DNA of 64,000 bases from Chrysomallon squamiferum. Lineage: Eukaryota > Animalia > Mollusca. This document shows, piece after piece, positions 1-15,276 of this stretch. The stretch's first letter is position 1; each line of letters opens with the position of its first letter. The stretch covers positions 7,068,001 through 7,132,000 of the forward strand of contig CM022674.1 of assembly GCA_012295275.1 (NCBI GenBank), read 5' to 3'. The notes below the pieces were generated by a model. The model was given only the letters and a program-made list of their open reading frames with translations. It made no database searches and was not told the DNA's origin. The translations under genes were made by a program, and so were the position numbers.

Positions 1-93
<93 letters not shown>

Positions 94-410
94 GAGAGAG
101 GGGGAGACAGAGAGAGAGAAAGACAGAGAGAGAGATAGTGAAAGCGAACAAGAGACAGAGCAAAAGAGAACCTGAAAGAGAAAAAACTGAAAGAGGTAGT
201 GAGAGAAAGAAAGACAGCAAGAAAAAGAGAAAATTACTGAGAGAAAAAGATAGAGATAGCAAGAGTTAAAAAGAGAGAGAGAGAGAGCAACTGAGAGAGA
301 TAGTGATGGAGGTTGGTGGAGAGAGATGGATGGGGAGGGAGACAGTCAAAGAAAGAGAAAAAAAAACTGTAAAAACAAAGAAAGAATAGATATCAGAGAA
401 AAAAGAAGAG
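1..410. repeat. (TG)n/(GA)n microsatellite and purine-rich low-complexity tract
   Basis: Directly visible; one of dozens of (CA)n, (GA)n and (ATT)n tracts in the window. Confidence 0.95.
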
Positions 411-1069
411 AGGAATGAAATCTGGTTCTGATTTACGTCCGACATCTACCATATCAACTAGAATCTGTTCAGCTGTTGTGTGTGTGTGTGTCTATAGGGT
501 GATTGTGTTTGTGTATTTGTGTCTGTGTATGTGTATTTGTGTTTGTGTGTATGTGTCAGTACAAGTTAATATGCATATTAAAATTGTTTATCTAATGTTT
601 TTATTTGTATGTATGAAAACAAGGAAGTATTAGTTTGTGTGTATATTAGAAAATATACATATTATTCCATTTTTATGTGTACATGTTTGAATGTCTGTCT
701 GTCTGTGTGTGTGTCTAAAGAATGAGAAGATGATTTATTAATTCTAAATGTAACACTACATATAACATCTCAGATTCTGTCTGTGCTTCTGTTTGTATGT
801 GCATCCATGTAACATGACTAACTGGATGTTTTGATTTACTTATATATGTGTGTATGTGTGTGTCTGTGTGTGTGTGTGCATGTGTGTCTGATTATGTCTG
901 TTTGTATGTGTGTGTATATATATATGTTCTTACAAACATAACTCACTGAATATTTTGATATCGTTTCTAAATTTACTATATATGTGTCTGATTATATCTG
1001 TGTGTCTGTCTGTATATGTGTTCTTATCAAACCATTCAATTAGTTATGTTTATATCTGTTCTGAATTTA

Positions 1070-1101
<32 letters not shown>

Positions 1102-1526
1102 AAACAGACATATATATATATAAAACATGTTTAATTATGTCTGAGTACATGTGTGTGGGTGTATTTGATTCTGATGTTGAAGCACATTTTTGTATTCAAT
1201 TACCAGGATGCTAACAATAAAAAATTCAATATTGAGTGCGTCGATGCTGGTAACACCTGTGTGGTTGTTGTTAATGAACCATTGTCAATAAAAATCTAGC
1301 TGTTGAGAACATAGCATCTGAAGAATTTGTGTTGTTGTTGCCGCTGTTGTTGTTGTCGTTGTAATTTTTATTTTTTGTTTATTACATGAACACATACAGA
1401 CAGAGACAAATACACATATATATTCATGTAGATAGAAACACATGTATGCACAGATAGACACATTCACATACACACATACATACATACTTGTATACATATA
1501 TAAAAGCAGACTTATATGTACATGTA

Positions 1527-1611
<85 letters not shown>

Positions 1612-2501
1612 CCTACCTATGATTTACCTACCAACATCTACCTATGTAAAAATACCTGTAAAAATGTATGCATGTATCTATACTTTGTGTGTAAAACAGA
1701 ATCTTCATTTTTTTTTTTGTTAGTGCATATGCTTAAATTCACATTTCATAATGACAGAAAAAAAATCAATTTAAAAAAAAAAAAACTAATAAAAAAACTC
1801 ATTAAAACAAACGAACAGTATAAAACTAACAAATTTTTATTTTGTAGTTAAAACAGGGTGAGGTCAGAGGTCATATCCATGATAACTGTCTGATATAAGA
1901 ATGGTAATCATTTACCTTCACTCACACCCACACACACCCACAGAGAAAACTCTCTTGGTTTAATTAGAATGAATGAGCTAAATATATATATATGTATATA
2001 TAGGCTATATGTTGTTGCTGTTTTCATTATTATTATTATAATACTGTTATTGTTACTACTACTACTAGTGCTACTGTTATTAATATTAGTATTAATATTA
2101 TTTTTATTATGATTGTTGTAATTATAGTGTTGTTGTTTTTTGTTATTTTTATTTTTATTTTCAGTTACAGTTCATGATTTAGAACTGTGACATGTCCTTA
2201 TTAGAAAGGTGGTTGATTAATTCAGATTATCACATCCAGTATTTAAAATGTACATGTCTTCATTAGACAGTGCTTGTTTTATGCAGTATTAAATTTCAAA
2301 CAATAAAGGTGGTTGCTTTGAACAGGTTGTTGTGTCCGAAATAATAAGAGTTTTTATAAATCAGGTGCTTGTTTAAAAGAGTTTGTGATTTTGCTGATTA
2401 GCAGTAATTTCACTGTTTGTGTTTTCATCTATGTAAATTTTATTTATAAATACTTATTAATCATTTAATGGCATTTTAAAACAGGGTAGTTAAATAAATT
2501 A

Positions 2502-2768
2502 TTATTTATTACATTTTAACTTCCTAACAACATCGTTTAAATATGTAAATAATTATTCATAGCTTTTTAACATCCGAAAACATTTCGGTGATTAATATCA
2601 ACTGAAGATAAGGTTGTTATAAATTTAGATTTATAAATCTTTATTTATTATATTTTTAATCTAACAACATCGTTTGAATATGAAAATAATTATTTATAGC
2701 TTTTTAACTTCCTAAAACATTTCTGTGATTAACATCAATTGAAGATAAGGTTGTTTTACAATTAGAAT
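2502..2768. repeat. Diverged tandem duplication, about 137-bp period, 2 copies
   Basis: CTAACAACATCGTTT..TGAAGATAAGGTTGTT starting at 2524 and 2661. Confidence 0.85.
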
Positions 2769-4449
2769 TATATCCTGCAGCTGTGGAAAAAAAAAAATGT
2801 ATATATACATTTTTAAACTTTTTAATTTAATTATAATTTTATTTTATTTTAAGTATTTTCTTTTTTTTTTTTTTTTTTTTTATTACTTGTAATTTGATTT
2901 GATTATTATTATGATTATTATTATTATTATTTTAAATTATTTTATCTTCTTTTTCCTTTTCTATTTTTGAATTCATGTTTTTAAAAGTATGTGATCTTTA
3001 TTAACAAAAATAGAAAAACAAAATGGCTGATAAGAACTCTGTATTGATTGATTATGCTGAGACAAAACACGAGTTTTAAATTTTTAAATTAATTTCTATT
3101 TTTGTCATAGTTTATGCTTCCTCATTACTTATAAATCTTTGAGGTTTTTGATGGAATTCAAGAGATAAATTTTATGGATTTTTGCTTATTGATATCACTG
3201 AGAAGAAAATAATTAAAATTTATGATTAAATCTGTTATAGTGTGTGAGATTTTGGTTCTTTTTATATATATATATATAAACATATTTTAATTTATTTATT
3301 TTTCATTTTATTATATTTGCTTTATTCTTTTGTTTTATTTTTTATAATTTTTTTTTAAATATTATTTTTTTAAAATATGAATTACTATAATTTCTCTTTC
3401 ATGTACATCTGTCTTTTCCTATTTATCTTTCTGTCTTTGACTTTCTGTCTCTTGTTTTCTTTCTCTCTCTTTTTCTCTTTATATATATATATATATATAT
3501 ATCTCTCTACCTATCTCTTACTCTCATTCTCTCTCTTCCTCTCTCCATCTCTTTCTCTATCTTTTCTCTCTAATTTGTCCTGGTTTAAATGTAACCATAT
3601 ACAAACATAAATCTTTGTTTGCGTCATCCACAAAACGCCAAAAGACTAGAAAGACAAGCAGTCGAACTTCACCACACATAATTATTACATCATCACATCA
3701 GTGATCTGAGGGTGTCCTCTATCTCCTTCATCAACCCTTAACACCCCCTTGCCAACTCCCACACCCCACATTCACACACAACCTTCTTATCTCATCCACA
3801 GTCAAAGGTTAAACGACCGGAATCAAACAGAAAACTCATACATCAAAGCACCTTGGGACGACCTACCTGGCGACCCATAACGACAGTGTTACCTGGTTTT
3901 TTTTATTTATTTTTTTTTTTTAATTCATTGACGTAGGTTTAAGACACTCCTTGCTAGCCAGGCAGGTATTTGACCCAGACAGGGGGGAAATTTCCACTTA
4001 CTGCCGATGCCCTGCCACCTTGAATGAACAAGAGTGCAGAGAGGACTTTTTGTCTCACAGAAAGAAAAGGTCAGCTGGTTTGTGAGACGTGTCTGTCATG
4101 TGTTAACATACGTACGTACGTACGTATGTATGTACACTCAGACTGACAGTGTGTGAGTGTCCACAGCCCACCCAGGATTCTTATCACAGAAACTCACTAA
4201 ATCTGTGAGAAACAGAACAGCAAAGAAATGTCTTGAATGTGATTCATAGATTTTGCTTTGTATATTTTTCTTGTGTAGACTATTGTCTCTCTCTCTCTGT
4301 CTTTACAAGGAAAAGGGCAAGAGAAGAAAGAGGTTGAATGAGTTTTTCTTGTAATGAATTGTTGAAAGGCTAAAGGTTGTAGGTTCAAAACTCTTCATTT
4401 GATTGTTATATTACGAATTTATATCTTGACAAGCCTTTGAGTTAAATTA

Positions 4450-5020
4450 GTGAAACACATATCAATTAGACTGTAAAACATCACATACAAACATAAAAGA
4501 CAGTAAAACACATAATATAAGCTGTAAAACACATAACACATGGACTGTAATATATATATATCACATACATAGACTATAAAACACATAACATACAGATTGT
4601 AAAAACATCACATAGATTGTAAACACATATCACATATATAGTAAACATATCACATAGACTGTAAAAACATATCACATAGATGTAAAAACCACATAGATCA
4701 TAACATATCACATAGATTGTAAACACACATCACATACATTGTAAACACACATCACACATTGTAAAAACATATCACATAGATTGTAAACACATATCTATCA
4801 GACTATAAAATACTTAGTAAGAAATAAAAAATACATAACACCTATTAAAACATATCTCATAGACTAAAACACACACTACAGAGTAAAAATTATTCCATAG
4901 ACTAAAACATATAATAGGAAAACAGCTGTCATAAATTGTAAAACACATAGACTAAAAACACATTAAAACACATCTCACAGACTAAAAGAGATACCACAGA
5001 CTAAAGCACACATCACATGG
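4450..5020. repeat. Degenerate minisatellite of about 22-25 bp
   Basis: Repeated AAACACATATCACATAGA(C/T)TGT-like units. Confidence 0.75.
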
Positions 5021-5375
5021 ACAGATCATTATTATATACACACACACATACTTGTACTGAATAGAGAACTGAAAACATTTTGACTGAGAAATCTAGTCTG
5101 GGCAAAAACAATACTTCAATTCACTGCAAATGTTAAATATTTATATCTGTTTAAAAAACACTGATAAAGCATGTAACACATGACATCAGTTTGTTTAAAA
5201 CAAAAAGCACAGTTCTAGAAATAACATTACAATGGTTTATGTATGTGTGTAAGTATTAGAAATCTATATCTGTATTTAATTAATTTTTTTTTTAAATGAC
5301 AGAAACAATGTAATCCAATGAAAATTTGATAAAACTAAATAAATGTGTGCAGATAAAACACTGTGAGCATTAATA

Positions 5376-5481
5376 CAGTATTTATATTGTATTAAGTGTT
5401 TATATTTATTATCTAGTAGTCATTTACAGTATTTATATTGTATTAAGTGTTTATATTTATAATCTAGTAGTCATTTACAGT
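5376..5481. repeat. Tandem duplication of about 51 bp
   Basis: ACAGTATTTATATTGTATTAAGTGTTTATATTTAT(T/A)ATCTAGTAGTCATTT twice. Confidence 0.85.
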
Positions 5482-5765
5482 GTAATAAAATATGAAAACA
5501 GTTAATATGATTCTTATCTTAATACAGAACTTATAGAAATCCAATAATTCACTTCATTTGTTAAGTCTTAATATGTTTCTTTTATATATATATATAAAAA
5601 AATATTATTGATTAATATGTACCAACAAACATATACATATTTGTGTACAGACGTACATACATACACACACATACACACAAACTTACACATTATGCATATA
5701 CATATACATAAGTAAATAAAAAAATACACATAAACGGTATATTGTTTTGAAATAGTTTCATTCAG

Positions 5766-5797
<32 letters not shown>

Positions 5798-6171
5798 TTA
5801 TATACACACACCTTAAAGTTACAGTTCTACTAATACTTAATGTTAATTAATTTATATCTGAAAATGTTTTTAAAAAAGTGTTTCTGTCAAATTATGACAG
5901 AAATAAAATACAAATTAAAAATAATACAACATGATAGAAAATGGATGTTTTAAAATTGAATGCTACTTTATTTATATATTTTCTTGTGACATTACCTTTA
6001 TCTATCTACCAACAACATAAAATGTATAATTTATGAAAGCAGTTTCTAAAAATAAATTATAACATGAGATGCAGGTGTATATTTCAATGCAAATACAACT
6101 TCTTATCAGATTTATATTGAAATATTAGAAGAGTATGTTCATTCTATACTGGTATAACACACGTGCGCGCG

Positions 6172-6217
<46 letters not shown>

Positions 6218-8679
6218 TACACAGACACACACACACACATGTAAAAATTTTATGAAACCTTAAAAGTAATATTAAATGGTAAAGATAAACAAACATTTCT
6301 AAAAAAAAAAAAAAAATATATATGTAATAGTTTATTTAATTTATTCTTTTATGAAATATTAAAACTTGTATCAGAACAGAAACAATATATTACATAAAAT
6401 AAAATATAAAATTGATGAATTTTTGTTTTGTTAACTGCAGTTTTAAAATTTTAGATGGCAGTTGTCAAATCTATTTTTTAAAATAACAGTTTGGAATTTT
6501 AGATATAACATCTTAAATAAATACGATATAAAGTTCTATGTTGTAGAAATTTTTGTGGCATTTATTTTATACGATGATGTGAAAGATTTCATTCATGTAT
6601 TTGTCAAACAAGATGAAAGAAATTCGTAAACAAATGTTTAAAAAATACTAGAGTTACCAGTTCATTTTTCCAGCTACCAGAAAACCAAGTTTTGAAATGT
6701 GTTAATTTTTATCTTATTAAATAAAAAGTTTATTCTATTTTGTTCATTGATTATTTTAAGTTTATCCATAAAAACTGAAAAATCCCTAAAACTAATTTAA
6801 AAGTCTATCTATCTGTATAAATTTTAAGTATTAATTAAGACTTGGTCCATAAAAGTGTTTTATTTTGTTTACTTTTCAGTGTGTATTTTTAAAAAAAAAA
6901 AAAATGGAAAATTATAAATATATTTCAAATTAGATTATCTAATTTGTACTTCAGTGAAATATTTTTAAAATGTTGTAATCAAATGAAAATGAAAATAAAC
7001 TGACAAATGAGATATTTACAATTCTAGATCATATATTATATCTCTATAGACATTTTACTGTATTAACAAAAAAAATGTCAAAAAAAGAAAGAAAAAAGAA
7101 GAAAGTTAAATCTTTGACTGCTGAACAAAGAAAGATATAAACTTGAAGTATCCAAGTTATAAAATCTCTATAGACATTTTATAGTGAAATTTAATATTTT
7201 ATTTAAATTTACGTAGCTTAATATACTTTTGAAGTGAACACCAGAAACATAAAAGAACAATAACAATAACAATAATAATGATAATAGAAATAATCATAAT
7301 AACAATAATGATAATGGTTTAACAACAGCAACAACAGCAAAATAATCAGTCCTTCAATAACAAAAACAGGTATATATTTTTAAATTTTGTAATAAAAAAA
7401 CAAAAAATACCATTTTAATTAATAAATAACAATAAAAACAATAATAAAATTGACAAATGAACAAATCTGAAACAGCTAAGAGGAATAACATTTTAATTTT
7501 TTTTTTCTGTAAAATGTTCTGTGAGTGTGACAATGTTCTGGTGTCAAGGAGATAGTGATAGTGATAGTGGCAATAGTAGTAGTAATAGTAATAATAATAA
7601 TAGTGGTAGTGGTAATAGTAATTGTAGTAACCACAGAGGTAGTGGTGGTAGTAGTGGTAGCAATAGTAACAGTATTATTAGCAGTAATAGCAGTGGTAGT
7701 GGTAATAGTAGCAGTAGTGGTGGTAGTAGTGATAGTAATAGCAGTACGGTAATAGTAGCAATATAGTTGTAATAATAGCAGTGGTAATATTAGTAATTGG
7801 TTTTTTTAGTAAAAGTAGTAGAAATAGTAATAGTAGTTTTAATAGCAGTAGTAGTAGTGTATTATTAGTGATAGCAGTAGTTGTGGTAGTTGTTAACACA
7901 CAGGTATTACCAGGCAGACCTCGTTTTTTTTTTCATCATGGATTTGTTTTCTAAATGTCACGTGAATGTTAAACAAAACACTAATTCTGATTTATAATTT
8001 CCTTCTGCCCTTTCAGCAGTAATTACAACAGTTTGTCTATTTTAGTTGATAATAAAAATAATTATAGCAATTTTTCTATTCTCGTTCCTTGGCAACTATT
8101 TATGGTTGAGGTTTTTGTCAGGCAGAGTTGTCACTGAAAAACGCAGACAGTAAAACTGTCAGGTTTATTAAATGTTAATCATCGCAGCTTAATTTATTAC
8201 TTCCTCAAACTTTCCTCCAACCCTAATCTCTCTATGTGTATTTCTGGAATTAATAATTTCATGCAATTAGTTTAATTGTTTTTAATATTTTTTTTGTAAT
8301 AAATTTTATTACGAATTGACGAGAATTTTGAGTTATTTGAGTTTTGCAATATTTTTGTTCTGTTAAAAATTAATTTATTTTAAATTTGTCTGTCGTTTTT
8401 AACTCTCTGTTTTTCTGTTTTTCTTTTTTTCTGTCTGTCCTATCTCTCTCTCTGTACACACACATACATACACACACACATACACATAGACACAAAATAC
8501 AAATGTCTTCACTGACTAAAGTACATGTGACATTTACTGTCGATGTCATGTGATTTTCTGTGTCAAGTTGACCTCACATTCTTGCATGAATTAGGATATT
8601 TTAAAAAAGTTATTGTTCTAAAAATATTGTAAACCTCTGGAGGCGAAAAACTCATAAAACATCAAAGCAAAATTTAATT

Positions 8680-8735
8680 TAGTGTCTTCACCCGGGGCAT
8701 CATGTGATCTGGGTTCAAACCCTGGCAGCGAACTC
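8680..8735 (+). mobile_element. tRNA-like (SINE) fragment
   Basis: T-arm/B-box GGGTTCAAACCC at 8711-8722; no complete cloverleaf. Confidence 0.3.
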
Positions 8736-9479
8736 ACTGAACTTTTTCTCAATACAACTGCAGATTTGTGCATGAAAAAGAGTTTAATGTTCTTCATTGT
8801 CTGTGTGAAATTCAATTTAAAAATGGATATTTTTAATGGAAAATTTAAATTTATTTTAATTTTTAATTTTTTGTTTTTTATTTTTTTCTCTAGTTATTAT
8901 TTTTTTTTATTGTTGTAGTGTTTGTGTATTTGTCTATGTTGTCTTGTGTGTGTTTGTTTATTTGTTTATGTGTATATGTTTCTTTCAAAAGACTATCAAA
9001 ATTACCAAATGTTTATATTACCAAATGTGTGTGTGTGTGTGTGTGTGTGTGTGGTGTATGCTTGCATATGTATTGCAACCACAATTTATGAAATTTTATG
9101 TACATATGCACACACACACACATATATATCTATATTTGATGTATTTAGGACCTATATACTATATACAAACAAATATTTTACAAATAAAATATTCATTCAG
9201 CTACATCAAACTGATATGTAACACAAACAAGACAAGTATGAATAAAAACATACTACTACTGTGTTTTTTTCACAACAAAATATTCATTCCTCACCTAACT
9301 GACCTGTAACTTGACCCCACAAACATGTAAGAAAACTCACTTCACAGTTTTTATACTGACCCATTGACCCATTGACCTGTGTGTGGGCTGACCATCAATT
9401 ATGTATCAGAAAAGCTTTTCATTGATTATTTCTGAACACACTGAGTGAATCTTTGTAACAAAGAAGTACCAGGTCTTGT

Positions 9480-9522
<43 letters not shown>

Positions 9523-9791
9523 TGTAGTGTGTGTGTAGTGTGTGTGTAGTGTGTGTATAGTGAAAAACAGGCAGACACAATGGCAGAGAGAGCAGAAGTC
9601 AACAAAAAAAATAATAATAATAAAATAAAAATAATACTAAAAAATATATATATAGAAAAATATACACACAAAGACAAAACACTTATTTTACAGGCTTTTT
9701 TTTTTAAATATTACATTTTAAAATTGCAGCATCCATATTGTAGCAAAAAAAAAAAATCTCTTTTTTTTTTGTTTTTTTAGCTTTTTTCTTT

Positions 9792-9829
<38 letters not shown>

Positions 9830-11922
9830 GAGGTCATCGACTTCCCCTCTAAGAGGCTGTTCCACTAACCTACTGGAGTGACAGCTTTGAAATATTACGT
9901 CTGTCTCCCCCCCCCCCCCATCTCCCCTTTCCAGTCTGCTCAACACTGTCACTGCAGGCTAACAGAACTCATTTAATATGCGCATATTTAATGAGGTTTG
10001 TTAACAGTGCCTTTCATTAAATTCTACAGCTGCAAAGGGTATTGTGTGGTGGGGGTTTTTTGCCAAGGGGTTTGAATATAGTGGAGGATGTGATGGCTGG
10101 GATGGGGGGATATGATGATATTATTAATGGCAGAAGTGAATGTGGCTTCTTCAGCTGGATGTAAAAGGATGATGAAACAGCTGTATTGTTAAAATATTTT
10201 TATTTTAAAAAATTTTTAGCACAAAAATTGAGAAAAGTGCAGATGAACCACTCTTGTGAGAAATTCTGAGAAAGTTGTTGCTATATTGTTTTTTTTTTGG
10301 GGGGTTTAATTATTATTGCTTATTTTCTTTTTTATTTATTTATTATTTGTTTACTTTTTATTTATTTTTTATTTGCAATTATTTCATTTTTTTATTTATT
10401 TAAATTACTTTTGTTATTCCAGTTTTGTTTATATTTTAGACTGTTCTTTATTTCAAGTTAATTTGCTTATTGATTCATTGATTAATTGATAAATTTTTAT
10501 TAAACTGATTTTATTTTTATGTATTTATTTACTTTTTATTTCATTCATTTATTTTTTTTTATCTTTTATTTATTTTTTATTTAATTTGGCTTGATTTGGT
10601 TTTATTAAAAATTATAATTATTTTTTTATAATTTTTGAATTTTTATGTTGTTGGTATTTTATTTTTATTGTTTTTTTTTAAATATTTTAAAATTTTGTTG
10701 TGTATTCTCTGGTTGAATTCTTAAAACGTAATAACAAAACAATATAGGATTTTATAGGGTGCAGTTTTAACATAAATTTAAATAATTGATTGAGTATTAA
10801 AAGTTTGAAAAGATAAGCAGATTAATTTATTTGTAAGGATGTCATGAGAAATGTTCATGTGGTACAGAACACAATTTTTTTTTAAATTTCATTTTATTCC
10901 AAAGTAGAATTTATTAAATAAAGAAGAAGAGTTCATTGGACATTTTTAAAATAAACTTTGTTTCAAATTTCATTTGTTTTCTTTATTTTCATGAATAATT
11001 CTTGGACTTTTTTTCCATTTTTTAAATTAATAATTATTTTACTTCTTTTCTTTTGTCTTTTTGTATAGAATTTTCATTTTTTTTATTTATTATTATTATT
11101 TTTTTACTGTAAATTTCTTTTAATTTTTATTATTTTTTTTTTTTTTAATTATTTAAAGTAATTTTTTCCTTATTTTATTCATTTGTTTTATATTTTATGT
11201 TATTTAATTATTTTCTATTTACTAGATATTAATAAAATAGTGATAAATTTCAGTTAATTATATTTTTTAATCCAAGAAATTGTTTTAGAAACATTCTTAT
11301 TCTGATAAATTAATTAAAAATTTGCTATTAAGAAAGTGATGAATATATTTTTAAAAATTGCTGTCGATAGTAATGATAACAAAAATGTGAATAAAAAATA
11401 GCAGTAGTAGTAGTAGTAACAATATAATAATAATATAATAATAACAACAATAACAGAAATAAAAATAACAATGATAATAACACATAATAAAAATAATAAT
11501 AAAACAACAACCGTAGCCCAAAATATAACAGCATCTCTGTAACGACAAGAAAATGGCAACAACAGCAACATCACAAACTACAACAACAGCAGCAACAACA
11601 CAAACAGCACAAACCATGGTAACAACAACAAAGCAAAATAATAACAGCAATGAAAATGAATAATAAATACAAAATAAACAAATTTTACATTTTTTTTGCA
11701 TATATCTACATTATTTAAAAAAAAATTTCAACACAAATTGCGTCAGACTTTTGTGCCACAGAATAACAAAACAAAATCTCTCATTACTGGGTTATTGTAA
11801 AATCAATATTCCATAGATGCAGAAGCAGAATTTTGCCTTTAGCAAGGTTGGTGCTGTCTGCATAAATACTTATTTGTGTAAACATTGGTTTCAGATTCAT
11901 CAGCATTGTCTTAACAATATAT

Positions 11923-11955
<33 letters not shown>

Positions 11956-12396
11956 CTATGTTTTCGATTAATTTTTTTTTTTTTTTTTTTTAATTATAAA
12001 TTAAAATGACATACATCTGAGGGCTGAGTTTATCTTTATGGTTAATTAATTAAAAAATTTCTTTGTAGCGTTTAATTAAGTTTTGTTTTTCTCGCAGAAG
12101 ACAAAGGCGAGATAGATTACACAGTGTAATTATTGTCTGATGAGATTTAAAAACAAAACAACCTTGTTTTTCTTCATCATCTTTGTTGTCACATTTTTTA
12201 ATCATTTTTTTTTCTTCTCACTTTTATTTATCCTTATTTTTCTTTTCGTTTCCTTTTTCTTCTGTCTTTTTATTTCATTTATTCTTTCTTTCTTTTTGTC
12301 ATTCATCCGTCTTGCTTTTTCTTTTTTCTTACTTTTTTACTGGTTTTTATTTGTTTTTTTTTTATTTCTGTTTTATTTTTCTAATTTGTCCTATCT

Positions 12397-12487
<91 letters not shown>

Positions 12488-13719
12488 ATCACAGTACATC
12501 TGTGTCTGCATTTTTCTGTGTTGTCTGTTTTGACCTGCAGACAATGAACAACACCTGCAGTGTATAAACTTTGACAAATTAAGTCAAAACATCCATTTGT
12601 TAAAATTATACTTGTCATCAACTGTCACATGTATATAAAAAATGTGTTTCATCAAGTATACACACTCACACTTCTGTCACAATTACATTCCTTTTTATAT
12701 CTCTCTGTATGTTTCTTTCTTACTCTCATTCTCATGTTGTAGAAGCTAACACTGTAATAATGAACTTAGTAGCATTTAGGTGAGAGAGAGAGAGCGAGAG
12801 AGAGAGGGACAGAGTGAGGGAGAGAGAGAGACAGACAAAGACAGAGGGTGAGGAAGGGAGAGAGAAAGAGACAGACAAAGAAGAGGGTGATGAAGAGAGA
12901 GAGAGAGAGAGAGAGAGACAGATAAAGACAGAGGGTGAGGAAGGGGGAGAGAGAGAGAGATACAGAGAAAGAATGAAACAACATTACTGAGAGGCAGATG
13001 GAGTAACAGAGATGGAGAGAAAGAAAGAAAGACAGATGGAAAGATGGAGAGATAGAGAAATAGCAAAGAATATGTATGTTTGTACATGTATTTTTATATA
13101 ATTACTTGAACATGTGTCTATATATTTTAATTATCATGTCTGTCTGAAAGTCTGTCTGTCTGTCTCTCAGTCCATACTCATTAACATTACTGTTCTTTGT
13201 CAACTCTTCAAAATTAGAGCATTTTCTTTCTATTCCAATGACATAATTCCTTCACCCTTTCAGTGCCTCTGTTAATTAGAGAAATGAGACTTGAATGTCC
13301 TTGACCTTTCATACAGAGACAACATTTCTAGAACTCTTTATTAATTTGTTTGACACACATTCTAAGCATTGGGATTATCTTCAGAAATCTGAGGATTACC
13401 TTCATAATTACGCAGATTATTTCATGTTTAATTCCAATTTCTTTATTCCTGTGCTTATGCCTGTCAGCATTTTGAAATAATAATTATTATTATTTTTAAA
13501 ATTGTTTTCATTGTTATTATTGATCTGATTAATGTGGGGGGGGGGCTATGGTTCACTATGTCAGTGTGATAGGTTTTATTAATTTTATAATAATGATAAA
13601 TTATATATCTGTATGTTCTTTCCTAACTACCTACATGTATATATAAACACTATATACACATATACATACATACATACATACATACATACATGTATACACA
13701 TACATACATACACACATAT

Positions 13720-13750
<31 letters not shown>

Positions 13751-13871
13751 CATGTATACACATACATACATACACACATATATACATACATACATACATA
13801 CATACATAAATATATACATACATATATATATATATATATATACATATATATACACATATATACATACATAC

Positions 13872-13920
<49 letters not shown>

Positions 13921-15205
13921 CACATACATTTACATACATACATACAAGGGTATCTTGGTTATTGAGTTATATGGGTGTCACGTGTTCAAGTCTCTTCAGT
14001 GGCTTCTGATGAGGTTTGTGAGGTTCTGACTGGACTTTGTCTTCCTGTGCCAGTGCATTCCCAGATATTTTGTATGTACAGAGTCTAATCAGAATTACTT
14101 AATGCATACATTACATTACATTTCATACATCAACACACCCAGACACATACCCATACACTTGTATGTACACACACATACATGCACAGATATATACACAGAC
14201 ACAGACACACACGCATACTCATACCCATACATGTACAGACACACAAACAGAAACTGCGTTGTTGAATTTGAGCCAGTTTACTGTTTGTTGTAAAACTCTG
14301 ATCACATGAAAAATGGGTGAACAACCTCATACACATCAACACCAACGTCATGGCATGACCCTCTGTTAGATGACACAACACCTGCAGCATTAAAAAGTCT
14401 GTGAGAATATTTTTACTTATTTACCTTCACATTCACTGAACATTCATTTTTACTGTGTACTTTTTCTCTAATTCTGTTACTTCATTTCTCTTTCTATCAT
14501 TATTTTGTCTCCATCACTCTTTCTTTCTTTCTTTGTTTCCTCTTGTTTACATTCTACCTCTTCCTCCTTCTTTTTCTTTTTTTCTTTCTCTTTTTCATTT
14601 TGTTTTTCTTTCTTTCTCTTTCATTTTTCATCATTCTCTTTTTCTGTCTCTTTCTCTCTTCCTTTGTTAGTTTCTTAATCCATATTTCACTCCTATTTTT
14701 CTATTTTTTTTTTAATTTTCTTTCTTTCTTTCTTTGTCTGATTCTTTGTTTATAAAATTTCCTTTTTCTTTTATCTGAAACTAACAAAAGAGGTGAAAAT
14801 AGCACTTAGGTTAAAAAAACAACTGATTCACAAATGATCAGTAATGATTTCCATAATCTTTTTAGCGACCATTCACCAAGGGAGATAATTTTTGAACTTC
14901 CTGTTATAAAAATTGACTTAAAACTCAATCATTGTCATGTTTGTGAATCTGAATTTTGTTTCTTTTGATCCAGTGACAAAAATTAACCCCTTTGTCAATT
15001 TCTCAAGCAAAATTTCTCAAGGGATTATGGGATACTCATATTTGTGGTTCTATAAAATTAATTTTTCAAATTTATGTCTATAATCTTTATTAATGATTTG
15101 CTGGCTATGAATTTATAAAATTTATGATAATAAATTTGTTGCTTTTGAAGCAGTTGTCTACCTGTATGTTTGTCTGTGTGTATGTGTGTGTGTGTTTGTG
15201 TGAGA

Positions 15206-15276
<71 letters not shown>

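Noticed and set aside
1285-1723. Many VCVC/HTHT/poly-L/I/Y ORFs here and throughout the ORF track
   Set aside because: Stop-free frames of (CA)n, (GA)n and (ATT)n repeats, not genes
2190-2390. Possible degenerate MITE (repeated AGGTGGTTG/CAGGTGCTTG motifs)
   Set aside because: Too decayed to define TIRs or a TSD
7521-7766. 81-aa Ser/Gly/Asn-rich ORF resembling a low-complexity structural protein
   Set aside because: Translation of an (AGT/GGT/AAT)n microsatellite; no ATG start and no convincing splice context
8680-8735. Possible tRNA gene
   Set aside because: Only a T-arm/B-box is recognisable; no acceptor stem or A box, so at most a SINE fragment
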